Positions 28,663-36,905 of a DNA stretch of 41,188 nucleotides are shown here, piece by piece; within the stretch, counting starts at the first letter, position 1; each line of letters starts with the position of its first letter. Source of the stretch: Polyangiaceae bacterium. GTDB taxonomy: Bacteria > Myxococcota_A > Polyangia > Polyangiales > Polyangiaceae. The stretch spans positions 1 to 41,188 of the forward strand of contig DASYCL010000684.1 in the NCBI GenBank assembly GCA_036500245.1. Reading direction: 5' to 3'. The notes beneath the pieces are model-generated. The model saw nothing but the letters and a program-made list of their open reading frames with translations. It did no database searches and had not been told where the DNA came from. Both the position numbers and the translations under genes were made by a program.

Positions 28663-29310
28663 ATGGATGCCCGAGCAATCGCAGGCGCAATCGGAAGCTA
28701 CCTCAAGGACCATCCGGAAGAGCTGTGGCGGCTCTTGCGCAACGCGTTGGCGCTGCGCTTTGGCGTGCCGCTCGCGGCGCTGCGTTGGATGGCGCAAAAG
28801 GGCGCCGGCAAGAAAGCGCCGAAGGACGTGCAGATTGAAGCCGTGCCGCCGGGCGTGCGTTTGTCGGCGTCCTTGGATTTGATGGGCACGCCGGTGCGCG
28901 CGTCGGCGATCGTGTTCGTCGAGCGCGTGCGCGCGAACTCGGATGAACTCGTGTTCGAGCTTCGCTTGGCCGAGGTTTCGCTGAAGGTGACCGATGAAAG
29001 CGCGCAGACGCCGATCGCGGCATTGCTCAAATCCGGCGCGCTCGATCTCAGTAAGCCGGGCAATCTGGCGGCATATATGCCGAAGCGCCCTGCAATTTTG
29101 ATCGACGCACGAGACGATCGCGTCGTGATCGATTTGATGAAGCACCCGAAATTCGCGAAGAATGAGAACGCGCAGCGCTTGGTTCGGATCTTGGCGCCGC
29201 TCGTCACCGTGTCCGGCATAGAAACCGGGCCCGAGCACTTGGACGTCGCGCTGCGGCCGTTCCCCGACGGCGTGGCGGATGTGATTTCGCGCGTGCGCAA
29301 TCTGTTTTGA
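28663..29310 (+). CDS. Hypothetical protein
   Basis: 215-aa ORF with coding-like GC3 bias and globular composition; fills the gap between lat and the lactonase; no family recognised. Confidence 0.65.
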   Translation: MDARAIAGAIGSYLKDHPEELWRLLRNALALRFGVPLAALRWMAQKGAGKKAPKDVQIEAVPPGVRLSASLDLMGTPVRASAIVFVERVRANSDELVFELRLAEVSLKVTDESAQTPIAALLKSGALDLSKPGNLAAYMPKRPAILIDARDDRVVIDLMKHPKFAKNENAQRLVRILAPLVTVSGIETGPEHLDVALRPFPDGVADVISRVRNLF

Positions 29311-29343
29311 TTGGGGCGCTGCGTGGCCACAGGAATCATACCG

Positions 29344-30198
29344 ATGTTCGAACCGGAACCGGTTGCAAACTATCACTGCAAGGTCGGTGAAAATCCGCTT
29401 TGGGACGAGCGCGAGCGCCGCCTCTACTGGGAAGATATCGAGAGCAATCGCTTGTTCCGCGTCGACCACGAGAGCCGCGAGCACGAATGTTTTTTCACCG
29501 GCGACAGCATGATCGGTGGATTTTCGTTTCAGGAAGACGGCTCATTGCTGCTATTCGAAGCCGATCGCATTTCGGTGCTGACGAAGCAGGGAGCGCATCG
29601 CGTGCTCGTGTCAGGCATCGACGCCGATATGCGGCGCTTCAACGACGTGATTGCCGATCCCGAAGGCCGGGTGTTTGCCGGCACGATTGGCAAAACCGAT
29701 CAGAGCGGGGGCCTTTACCGCGTGGATCTCGACGGCACGGTGACGCCGTTGTGGAAGGGCACGGGGTGCGCGAACGGCATGAGCTTCACCTCGGATTTGT
29801 CGCGCTTCTATTGGACGTGCAGCACGACGCGGATCATCTACGTCGCCGACTACGATCGCGCGACGGGAACGCTCAGCAATCGCAAACCGTTTTATCGAGC
29901 GCCGCCCGAAGAAGGCACGCCGGACGGCATGACCATCGACGAAGCGGGTGAACTGTGGTCGGCACGCTGGGGCGGCTCCTCGCTGCTCCGCATCGCAGAG
30001 GATGGAACCATCAAACAAAAAATCGAATTTCCGGTAACGCGCGTGTCGTCCGCCGCGTTCGGCGGTCCGGATTTGCGCACGCTCTACGTCACGACCGCCG
30101 GCGGCAAAGTCACGGACGACGCACTCGACGGCACGCTCTATCGCTTGGAAGTGCCGGTTCCGGGTCGACTCGAGTTTCGCTCCCGGATCCGGCTCTAA
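29344..30198 (+). CDS. SMP-30/gluconolactonase/LRE family protein
   Basis: GENPLWD, LYWEDI, RFND...DPEGR, ANGMSF, PDGMTIDEAGELW, AFGGPDLRTLYVTTA. Confidence 0.9.
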   Translation: MFEPEPVANYHCKVGENPLWDERERRLYWEDIESNRLFRVDHESREHECFFTGDSMIGGFSFQEDGSLLLFEADRISVLTKQGAHRVLVSGIDADMRRFNDVIADPEGRVFAGTIGKTDQSGGLYRVDLDGTVTPLWKGTGCANGMSFTSDLSRFYWTCSTTRIIYVADYDRATGTLSNRKPFYRAPPEEGTPDGMTIDEAGELWSARWGGSSLLRIAEDGTIKQKIEFPVTRVSSAAFGGPDLRTLYVTTAGGKVTDDALDGTLYRLEVPVPGRLEFRSRIRL

Positions 30199-30217
30199 AA
30201 GCCTTTCTAGGTGACTC

Positions 30218-32038
30218 TCATTCAGCGGCCGAGGCAGCCGAACTCGGCGGTGGCGCGGGCGCTTTCGGCTCGGGCTTGCCGGCCCACCACGCCTTCAAAC
30301 GCTCCATGCTGAATGGCCGCGAGTAGGCCCAGAGCACCATCAAGCTCAGCGCATAGAACAGCCAAGCTTGGCCGACGAAGCGATCGTCGACCCAATAGAA
30401 GCCGGTCGGTGGGTTGAGCAAGATCGTACTGATGCCGCTCGTCACCACTATCGGTGGTCCGAGCGCAGGACGCACTGCGACCATGGCCGGTACGACCATG
30501 AACAGCGAATAGTAATAACAAGTGAGGTTCGTGAGCGAGATCACGAGGCACGAACCCACGGCGAGGCCGATCCAAAGCAACTTGGTGCGCCGCAGCGACC
30601 ACGCGGTCCACGCGAATGCGCCCGCGCAGATGAGCAGGAAGAGCGGCTTGACCGTCTTGAAGCGATCGATGCGGCTTTGCTTCCAACCCTCGAACGGGTC
30701 GTCCATGTTGTCGTCGCGCAAAAAGCGCATGCGCCCGTCCCAATTGGTGAGCAGCATGGTCTCGAGGCCCATGTGATTGGTGAGCGGAGTCGCGTTGTGC
30801 ACCTTGATTGTGTGCCCGAAGAACTGCTTGTACGAGTCGACGCCGCAGACCGCGACACTTGCCGGAATCAGCACGCCGGCCGCGATCAAACAGCCGGCGA
30901 TCAGTCGGCGATGGTCGCGTTGCAAGTAACCGAGTAGGCCCTTTTCAATTTTTATTGCTGGCGCGAGCGGTCCAGTTCTGCCGCGCCAGCCGCGACCTTT
31001 CACGACCGCTTCGTCGCCGGTCGTGCCGAAGCGATAGCGGCGGATGAGCTCGTAGAGCACCATGATGCCCCAGCCGCCGAAGAAGACGACCGGGAATATG
31101 CGCAAGAGAGACGACCAAGTGAGCGCGGCGCCGGACAAGAAAAACTTGCGCTTACGCGCGCAGCACACCGCGGCGACCAGGAAAAATAGCCAGTCTTGGC
31201 GCAGGAACGCGCCGCCCGTCCAATAGAAGTTTGCGGGCGCATTGCAGCCCCAAAACACCGTTGCGACGAGCATCACGCGCCAGCCGAAGGCCCAATAAAA
31301 TAGAGCCACGATGCCGACGTGCAAGAGCACGTCGATGCCCGATAAGATCTTGAAAAACTTGTCGCCGGCGGGCGCAAAACTGCCGAACAGCTTGCCCGTC
31401 ATCGTCCACACGGGTGGCGGATTGTACCCGTGGTCCTTCTGCATGTTGTCCCAGTAGCTACCGACCGACGAGTGATAAAACCAATCGACGTCCTTCTTCC
31501 AATCCTCCCAGCGTGCGGCCGTGAAGTGGTTCTTGCACTGGCCCGGATCGGTGAGGATGTACGTGTCTTTGACCGGTTTGATCAGGTTTACGTGCAGATC
31601 ACGGATCTCGCGACTCGCCACTTGAGCGCGGCGACCGAGCTCGATTTCGGCGATCGCGGTGCACTCGTAGAGTCGGTTATAGCCAATCTCTTTGAAGTAC
31701 TTCGAGCCGAGGTAATAGTGGAAGAACTCGTGCCGGTGGTAGTACTCGCTGTAACGAACGTTCGGATTGAAGAAGTCGAAGTAGGTGAAGAACGCGAGGA
31801 TGGTCAGGACCCACGCGATGTTCCGCTTGTAGCGGCGCGGAATGCGTTCACGCAGGCGCGCCGCGCGCACCTCGTACATGAGCAAGAGCGCCGTCACCAT
31901 CGTGAGCGCGATGCGCATGAACTTCATCGCGCCTTCCCAATTGTTCTTCTCGAAGATCTTGTTCTGCCAGAAGAAGTCCTGATCGGGAGCGAACGCGCTC
32001 AAATGAGAGATCGCGTTCACGACGGAAAGCAAAGTCAT
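30218..32038 (-). CDS. Polytopic membrane protein, GT-C/GT87 (DUF2029)-like glycosyltransferase
   Basis: Many TM segments, a large periplasmic loop, GYNPPPVW motif, FLRQDW, LRIFP. Confidence 0.55.
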   Translation of the reverse strand: MTLLSVVNAISHLSAFAPDQDFFWQNKIFEKNNWEGAMKFMRIALTMVTALLLMYEVRAARLRERIPRRYKRNIAWVLTILAFFTYFDFFNPNVRYSEYYHRHEFFHYYLGSKYFKEIGYNRLYECTAIAEIELGRRAQVASREIRDLHVNLIKPVKDTYILTDPGQCKNHFTAARWEDWKKDVDWFYHSSVGSYWDNMQKDHGYNPPPVWTMTGKLFGSFAPAGDKFFKILSGIDVLLHVGIVALFYWAFGWRVMLVATVFWGCNAPANFYWTGGAFLRQDWLFFLVAAVCCARKRKFFLSGAALTWSSLLRIFPVVFFGGWGIMVLYELIRRYRFGTTGDEAVVKGRGWRGRTGPLAPAIKIEKGLLGYLQRDHRRLIAGCLIAAGVLIPASVAVCGVDSYKQFFGHTIKVHNATPLTNHMGLETMLLTNWDGRMRFLRDDNMDDPFEGWKQSRIDRFKTVKPLFLLICAGAFAWTAWSLRRTKLLWIGLAVGSCLVISLTNLTCYYYSLFMVVPAMVAVRPALGPPIVVTSGISTILLNPPTGFYWVDDRFVGQAWLFYALSLMVLWAYSRPFSMERLKAWWAGKPEPKAPAPPPSSAASAAE

Positions 32039-32338
32039 CGCTCGTAGATCCTTCCGCTCACCCGGTCATCCCGGACGACGCAGAGGCGTGTTACACCAGA
32101 GCCGGAGCCTTGTCAGGTGCTTCGAGTTGGCTCAGTGTCGCAGCGCGGAGCGTGCTCTGAGCCATTTTTTGCCGGCCGCTGTGCCGGACTGTGCCGTGCA
32201 GGAGCACCCCCCAAATAAACTCGAGCCGGGCAATCCATTGGACCGCCCGGCTCGTCGTAGCCCCAAAATCCCGGAGGGTGAGGGGCGTTGACCTGCGCTG
32301 CCCGCGCGATCGACGCGCGAGTCAGATCAGGCCCAGCC

Positions 32339-32595
32339 GTAGTTGCGAGGCCCTGAATGCCCGATGACCGGGCCGACCTCGTCCGGCTAACCTCGAGGGT
32401 CCACCTCCGGGATAAAGGTACAACTACTCATCATGCCTGTCCTCCTCCGGCAATAGCCGGACGCCCGCGCCCCTCACTCAAACGAGAGAGGCTCATCGCT
32501 CGGTAAGCGGCGGTGGGGGCGCTTCCGAAAGGAGACCGATTCGCGGTCTCGACCCTAAAGTGCGAGGTGTAGAGGAGCTCCTCCACCGGACAAGC
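32339..32595 (+). ncRNA. Candidate structured non-coding RNA of unknown family
   Basis: Continuous set of helices in a 715-bp intergenic region, with GAAA and UUCG-containing loops. Most G-U pairs form on the + strand (details in findings). Confidence 0.45.
32387..32434 (-). CDS. Candidate 15-aa micro-ORF MMSSCTFIPEVDPRG
   Basis: GGAGGAGG Shine-Dalgarno 6 nt before ATG 32434; TAG at 32389-32387. Confidence 0.25.
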   Translation of the reverse strand: MMSSCTFIPEVDPRG

Positions 32596-32753
32596 CCGGG
32601 AACTTCTTCCTGCCTGCACGTTGCTGGAAAAAATAGCACTCGGCCCCCGAAATATCCAGGCTTTTATCTTTTTGGGTTAGGGGCGCGCCCAGCTGCGCGG
32701 TTCGGCCCGGTGGCGGACGTGATGCGCCTCGAGCCGCCGGAAGCTTGGGCTCG

Positions 32754-33299
32754 TCAATCGGCGATCGCGGTCGGGAGTGCGGTGCGCATGGCCGTCAAGT
32801 TGTAGCTCACGGTGCACGGTAGCGACGCGAAGCCGCCTGCTACGCCGACCCAATTCGAACACACACTGCCCGCTTCCGCGGAGTACGCAAAGCTCATGTT
32901 CACCGTGAAGCTCGCGACGTCGATCGTGCTCGAGCCGAGCACACCGCTCGCGACGTCGCTGCGCGCGACGGTGCAGCCGGGCCGCGCGCCTTCGGCGGCC
33001 TGCAACGTCACTTCGACGCCGCTCTGAAACGCGAAGCTCTCGCCGTCTTCGGCGATGGTGCCGGGGATCGCTTCTTCGCCGTTCAGCCAGTAGAGCGTGC
33101 TGCCGTCGCGCGAGAGCTGCACGTCGAAGGCCCAGCTGCTCGTTTCGCCGAGAATCGCACTGGCTTGGCAAGTGTCGCCGCTGAGGGTGCCGGTCGCGTG
33201 AAACGTGCCCAGGCGATCGCCGGGCTCGTGCGCGTCTTGGCCGTGCCCGACGCAGCCCGCGCACAAAAACAAAATCGCGCACACGACGTTCGGTCGCAT
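32754..33299 (-). CDS. Hypothetical lipoprotein
   Basis: MRPNVVCAILFLCAGC lipobox; beta-rich domain with paired Cys. Confidence 0.7.
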   Translation of the reverse strand: MRPNVVCAILFLCAGCVGHGQDAHEPGDRLGTFHATGTLSGDTCQASAILGETSSWAFDVQLSRDGSTLYWLNGEEAIPGTIAEDGESFAFQSGVEVTLQAAEGARPGCTVARSDVASGVLGSSTIDVASFTVNMSFAYSAEAGSVCSNWVGVAGGFASLPCTVSYNLTAMRTALPTAIAD

Positions 33300-33357
33300 G
33301 CGCGATGAGCTATCAGCAGGGCTCGCCGCGGGCCAAGATCCCGCGTTCCGGGCGAGC

Positions 33358-33519
33358 TCAGGACTGCGCGGCCGGTTCCGAGGCGGGGGCGGCGTTGCGC
33401 TTCAGCGCGTCTTCCAAGCCGATGCGCTTGCGCTGGCGGAGCTTCACTCGCTTGCCCTTGAGCGGCGTGGTGAGCCATTCGTGACGACGGCGGACGTTCC
33501 AGATTGCGCGATTCGACAT
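33358..33519 (-). CDS. Small basic hypothetical protein (53 aa)
   Basis: ATG 33519; MSNRAIWNVRRRHEWLTTPLKGKRVKLRQRKRIGLEDALKR...; codons mostly end in G/C; fits between the lipoprotein and the divergent kinase. Confidence 0.55.
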   Translation of the reverse strand: MSNRAIWNVRRRHEWLTTPLKGKRVKLRQRKRIGLEDALKRNAAPASEPAAQS

Positions 33520-33577
33520 GTGGGCGCGGCATTTAGCCGACCTTTCCGGAGCGCGCAAGGTAAAGTACCGGCGAAAA

Positions 33578-34486
33578 GTGACCACCGGCCAACTTTCGCT
33601 GATCCCCGCCTCGGGCGGGGTGGTCCGTTCGCCGCGCGGGCAGAGCTACTTGCTCGGCAAGCGGCTCGGCGCGGGCGCGTTCGGCGCGGTCTTCGACTGC
33701 ATCGGCCCGTTCGACCAATCCTTCGCGCTCAAGCTCTTTTTGCCCGGCAATCGCCCGTACGAGCAAGTGCGCGCCGAGTGGCTGCGTGAAGCCGAGCGGC
33801 TGTACCGCTTGCGCCACCCGAACATCGTCTACGTGCACGATTACTTCGAGGAACAAGGGCTGTTTTTCTTGGTGCTCGAGCGCTGCGATCACAGCTTGGA
33901 AGAAATGTTGAGCGCGCCGTTCACCGATCGTTTGGTGGTGGATGTCGCGCGTCAGCTCTTGTTCGCGGTGCAGTACCTTGCGGACAACGAATTCGTGCAC
34001 AACGATTTGCACGCGGGCAACGTGCTGGTCGTGCAAGGCGAACATCTGACGGCGAAGTTGAGCGATCTGGGCATTGCTCAAGAGCTTTACGGCTACGGCG
34101 GCGCGCGTCCGCCGATTGTGCAGCACCGCTTGATGGCGCCGGAAGTCGCGGCCGGCGGCTATTCGACCAAGCAGAGCGACCTCTATCAGCTCGGGCTTTT
34201 GGTTTATCAGATGCATACGGGCGTCTACCCGATCGACACCACGACCGGGTACGACGGCGTGATCGCGCAAATTCGCGAAGGCGTGCCGCGCGCCAAGGCC
34301 GAAGCACTCGGCACGCCGATCGGGGATGTCGTGAGCGTGATGCTGCGTCGGCAAGAGCAATATCGGTACACCTCCGCGCAGCAAGTTTGGGAAGATCTGC
34401 GGAAGCTCGACGTGTGGTCGCGCGATCGCGAGCTTCGCACTGGACCCCTGCCCAAGTTCGAGCTTGGGCCGGACACGCCGAAGTAG
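33578..34486 (+). CDS. Ser/Thr (Hanks-type) protein kinase, kinase domain only
   Basis: LGAGAFGAV, FALK, REA, HPNIV, HNDLHAGN, SDLG, MAPE, SDLYQLG. GTG 33578 chosen to avoid overlap with the small ORF. Confidence 0.85.
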   Translation: MTTGQLSLIPASGGVVRSPRGQSYLLGKRLGAGAFGAVFDCIGPFDQSFALKLFLPGNRPYEQVRAEWLREAERLYRLRHPNIVYVHDYFEEQGLFFLVLERCDHSLEEMLSAPFTDRLVVDVARQLLFAVQYLADNEFVHNDLHAGNVLVVQGEHLTAKLSDLGIAQELYGYGGARPPIVQHRLMAPEVAAGGYSTKQSDLYQLGLLVYQMHTGVYPIDTTTGYDGVIAQIREGVPRAKAEALGTPIGDVVSVMLRRQEQYRYTSAQQVWEDLRKLDVWSRDRELRTGPLPKFELGPDTPK

Positions 34487-34497
34487 AACGGATCAGC

Positions 34498-35514
34498 ATG
34501 CGCATCACGATGGTAAAAAAGAAGCTCCTCGGCGGCGAAGCTTGCAAGAAATGCGTGCAAGCCGAGGACATGCTGAAAGCGCGCGGACTCTGGTCGCGCA
34601 TCGACGACGTGGTTTGGGCGAACGAGGGCGAGCCCGAGTCACCGGGCATGCAGCTTGCCGCGAAATACAAAGTCGATCTCGCGCCATTTTTCGTCGTCGA
34701 AGACGACGGCGCGGAGCCGCGCGTGTACACCAGCACGGTGCAGTTCATCAAAGAAGCGCTTGGCGGCGGCACGCGCGTCGAGCCGAGTGCGAGTTCGGGC
34801 GCAGCGCTCGGCACGGACGAACTTGCGAGCTTGGTCGTCGATTTCGACAGTGCGCCGCCGGAACGGACGATTCGCTGGCTGCTCGAGCGCTTCGGACGCG
34901 AAGCGGCGATCGCATTCAGCGGCGCCGAAGACGTCGCGATCATCGACATGGCCGTGAAGACGGGTTTGCCGTTTTCGGTTTTCACGCTCGATACTGGGCG
35001 CTTGCACCCCGAGACCTATCGCTTCATCGAAAAGGTGCGCACTCACTACGGCATCGCGATCGACGTGATGTTCCCTGACGCTGCGCAAGTGCAAGGAATG
35101 GTCGAGAAAAAGGGGCTATTCAGCTTTTACCAAGACGGTCACGGCGAGTGCTGCGGCATCCGCAAGATCGAACCGCTCCGGCGCGTGCTCGCGCAAAAGC
35201 GCGCTTGGATCAGCGGTCAACGTCGCGACCAAAGCCCGACGCGCACCGATGTTCCCGTGATTCAGCTCGACTCGTCGCATTCGGGACTCGCAGGTCAGCT
35301 CGTGAAACTGAATCCGCTCGCGGGTTGGAGCTTGAAAAAGGTGTGGAGCTACATCCGAGCCAACGAAGTGCCGTACAACGAGCTCCACGACCAAGGCTTC
35401 ATCTCGATTGGTTGCGAGCCCTGCACGCGCGTGCCGCGCCCGGGCGAACACGAGCGCGCCGGGCGCTGGTGGTGGGAAGAAGCCACTAAGCGCGAATGCG
35501 GACTGCACGTTTAG
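34498..35514 (+). CDS. cysH: APS reductase (CysH family, [4Fe-4S] type) with N-terminal CxxC thioredoxin-like domain
   Basis: AFSGAED, LDTGRLHPETY, ECCGIRKIEPL, GQRRDQS, SIGCEPCTR, RAGRWWWE, ECGLH; ~95-aa N-terminal extension with CKKC. Confidence 0.88.
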   Translation: MRITMVKKKLLGGEACKKCVQAEDMLKARGLWSRIDDVVWANEGEPESPGMQLAAKYKVDLAPFFVVEDDGAEPRVYTSTVQFIKEALGGGTRVEPSASSGAALGTDELASLVVDFDSAPPERTIRWLLERFGREAAIAFSGAEDVAIIDMAVKTGLPFSVFTLDTGRLHPETYRFIEKVRTHYGIAIDVMFPDAAQVQGMVEKKGLFSFYQDGHGECCGIRKIEPLRRVLAQKRAWISGQRRDQSPTRTDVPVIQLDSSHSGLAGQLVKLNPLAGWSLKKVWSYIRANEVPYNELHDQGFISIGCEPCTRVPRPGEHERAGRWWWEEATKRECGLHV

Positions 35515-36065
35515 TCGGCGTGCTCGCGAGCGGCTGGACGCTGTGCGCGTGGCCAGCCGTAGCGCGAGCGGACGTTCAAGGGTTGTGGCCGCTCGGCACT
35601 CCGGGCCGCGATCCGACGTTCAACTGGGACTTGGATTTCTTCGGCCAAGTCGAGGCCGGCGGATTCGTCGCGCTGAATGATTTCTCGGGCTTTGGTGGGC
35701 TTGGTTTGAAATCACAGTTCAGCGTGGAGGGCATCGGTGGTGCCGTCGGCTTGCGCTGGGAGCGCGACGCACGCGGCAGCGGCGGGCTCGGCTTCTTCGA
35801 GCCGCAGCTTCGTCCGTTCGAGCTCGCCAAGTGGCGACTCTATCGCTACGTCGATCCGTATCTTGCGGTCGGAACCGAGCTCGGCGCGAACGCGCGCGGA
35901 TTTCGCGCTACCGCTTACGCAGCGGGCGGCGTCGACATCGCGCTTTGGCCGAGCGAAGCGCACCCCGCGTTGAACGTGGAGTACGTCCTGCGCGCCGCGC
36001 AAACCCCTGACGACTTCGCGACACAGGTGTTGAGCCTCGGACTATCCGTGCGTTCGGTGTTCTAG
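35496..36065 (+). CDS. Hypothetical secreted/outer-membrane beta-strand protein
   Basis: Signal-like ...AVARA-D, alternating strands, terminal Phe; overlaps the cysH stop by 19 nt. Confidence 0.55.
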   Translation: MRTARLVGVLASGWTLCAWPAVARADVQGLWPLGTPGRDPTFNWDLDFFGQVEAGGFVALNDFSGFGGLGLKSQFSVEGIGGAVGLRWERDARGSGGLGFFEPQLRPFELAKWRLYRYVDPYLAVGTELGANARGFRATAYAAGGVDIALWPSEAHPALNVEYVLRAAQTPDDFATQVLSLGLSVRSVF

Positions 36066-36079
36066 TTTTCGTCGAAGAC

Positions 36080-36883
36080 TCAGTTGATGACTTTAGTGCC
36101 GTTGCCGCGCAAGGGCGCCAGCGTCAGTCCGTCTTCGTCGGCGGGCGTGCCCGCGACATAGACAAACTTGAGGCCTTTGATCGCTTTGAGCGGCGAGGCA
36201 TCTTTGACTTTGGTTCGCTGAATGCTGAGCTTTTCGAGCTTCGTCATTTTCGCGAGCGGGCTGATGTCTTCGACTGGGCAATCATCGAGCGCGATCTCCG
36301 TGAGCGAAGTGAGCCCGGCGATTGGCTTCAAATCCGAGACTTGGCTGCGGCCCAGATCCAAGCGATCGAGCTTCGTGAGCTTGGCGAGCGGCGTGAGATC
36401 TTTGATTTGATTGCGCGAAGCGGCGAGTGATTCGAGATCCTTCGCGCTCGCGATCGGCGTCAAGTCGTCGTAGTCGCCCGGGCCGAGGAACAAGTCTTTC
36501 AGCCCTGTGAGTTGCGAGAAGATGCAAATGTCGAGGCCGGCCATTTTGACCTGCGACAGATTTAGCGATTTGACCTTCTTCAGATCAGCGTTCGTGATCG
36601 CGCCGTCCGGTTTTTGCAGCTTCTTCCGCACTTCGGCTTCGATTTCTTTTTGATCGAACGTGACGTTCGGGCCTTTCGGACAATCTTCGAGCTTCTTCGT
36701 GACTTTGGGTGGTGGAGGTTTTTCTGCTTCCGGAGCCGCTGCGCTCGGTGCGGGCTTGGCCGAAGGCGCAGCGGAAGCCGTGGCCGCCGCTGAAGCGGCG
36801 GCATCTGGCTTCGCCGGATCGTCACACGCCGAAAAGAGCAACCCCAAACCAAACACGCAAAGCGAACGATGAAACGTCGACAT
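36080..36883 (-). CDS. Internalin-like leucine-rich-repeat lipoprotein
   Basis: Lipobox LLFSAC, Ala/Pro linker, 22-aa repeats of the type DLTPLAKLTKLDRLDLGRSQVS. Confidence 0.85.
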   Translation of the reverse strand: MSTFHRSLCVFGLGLLFSACDDPAKPDAAASAAATASAAPSAKPAPSAAAPEAEKPPPPKVTKKLEDCPKGPNVTFDQKEIEAEVRKKLQKPDGAITNADLKKVKSLNLSQVKMAGLDICIFSQLTGLKDLFLGPGDYDDLTPIASAKDLESLAASRNQIKDLTPLAKLTKLDRLDLGRSQVSDLKPIAGLTSLTEIALDDCPVEDISPLAKMTKLEKLSIQRTKVKDASPLKAIKGLKFVYVAGTPADEDGLTLAPLRGNGTKVIN

Positions 36884-36905
36884 CGCCGCTGACTCTAGTA
36901 TCGGT

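Noticed and set aside
32431-32619. 62-aa minus-strand ORF and other short ORFs in the 32.04-32.75 kb gap
   Set aside because: No RBS, no GC3 bias and no recognisable motif; the sequence is better explained by base-pairing.
32280-32620. RNase P RNA, tmRNA, SRP RNA, 6S RNA, SAM-I, c-di-AMP riboswitch or HDV-like ribozyme
   Set aside because: Only short fragments resemble these (CTCCACC, GCCCGATGA, GCTAACCTCG). The full consensus elements (GAGGAAAGUCC, T-loop and tag ORF, SRP domain IV, correct helix order) are missing. Kept as an unknown RNA candidate.
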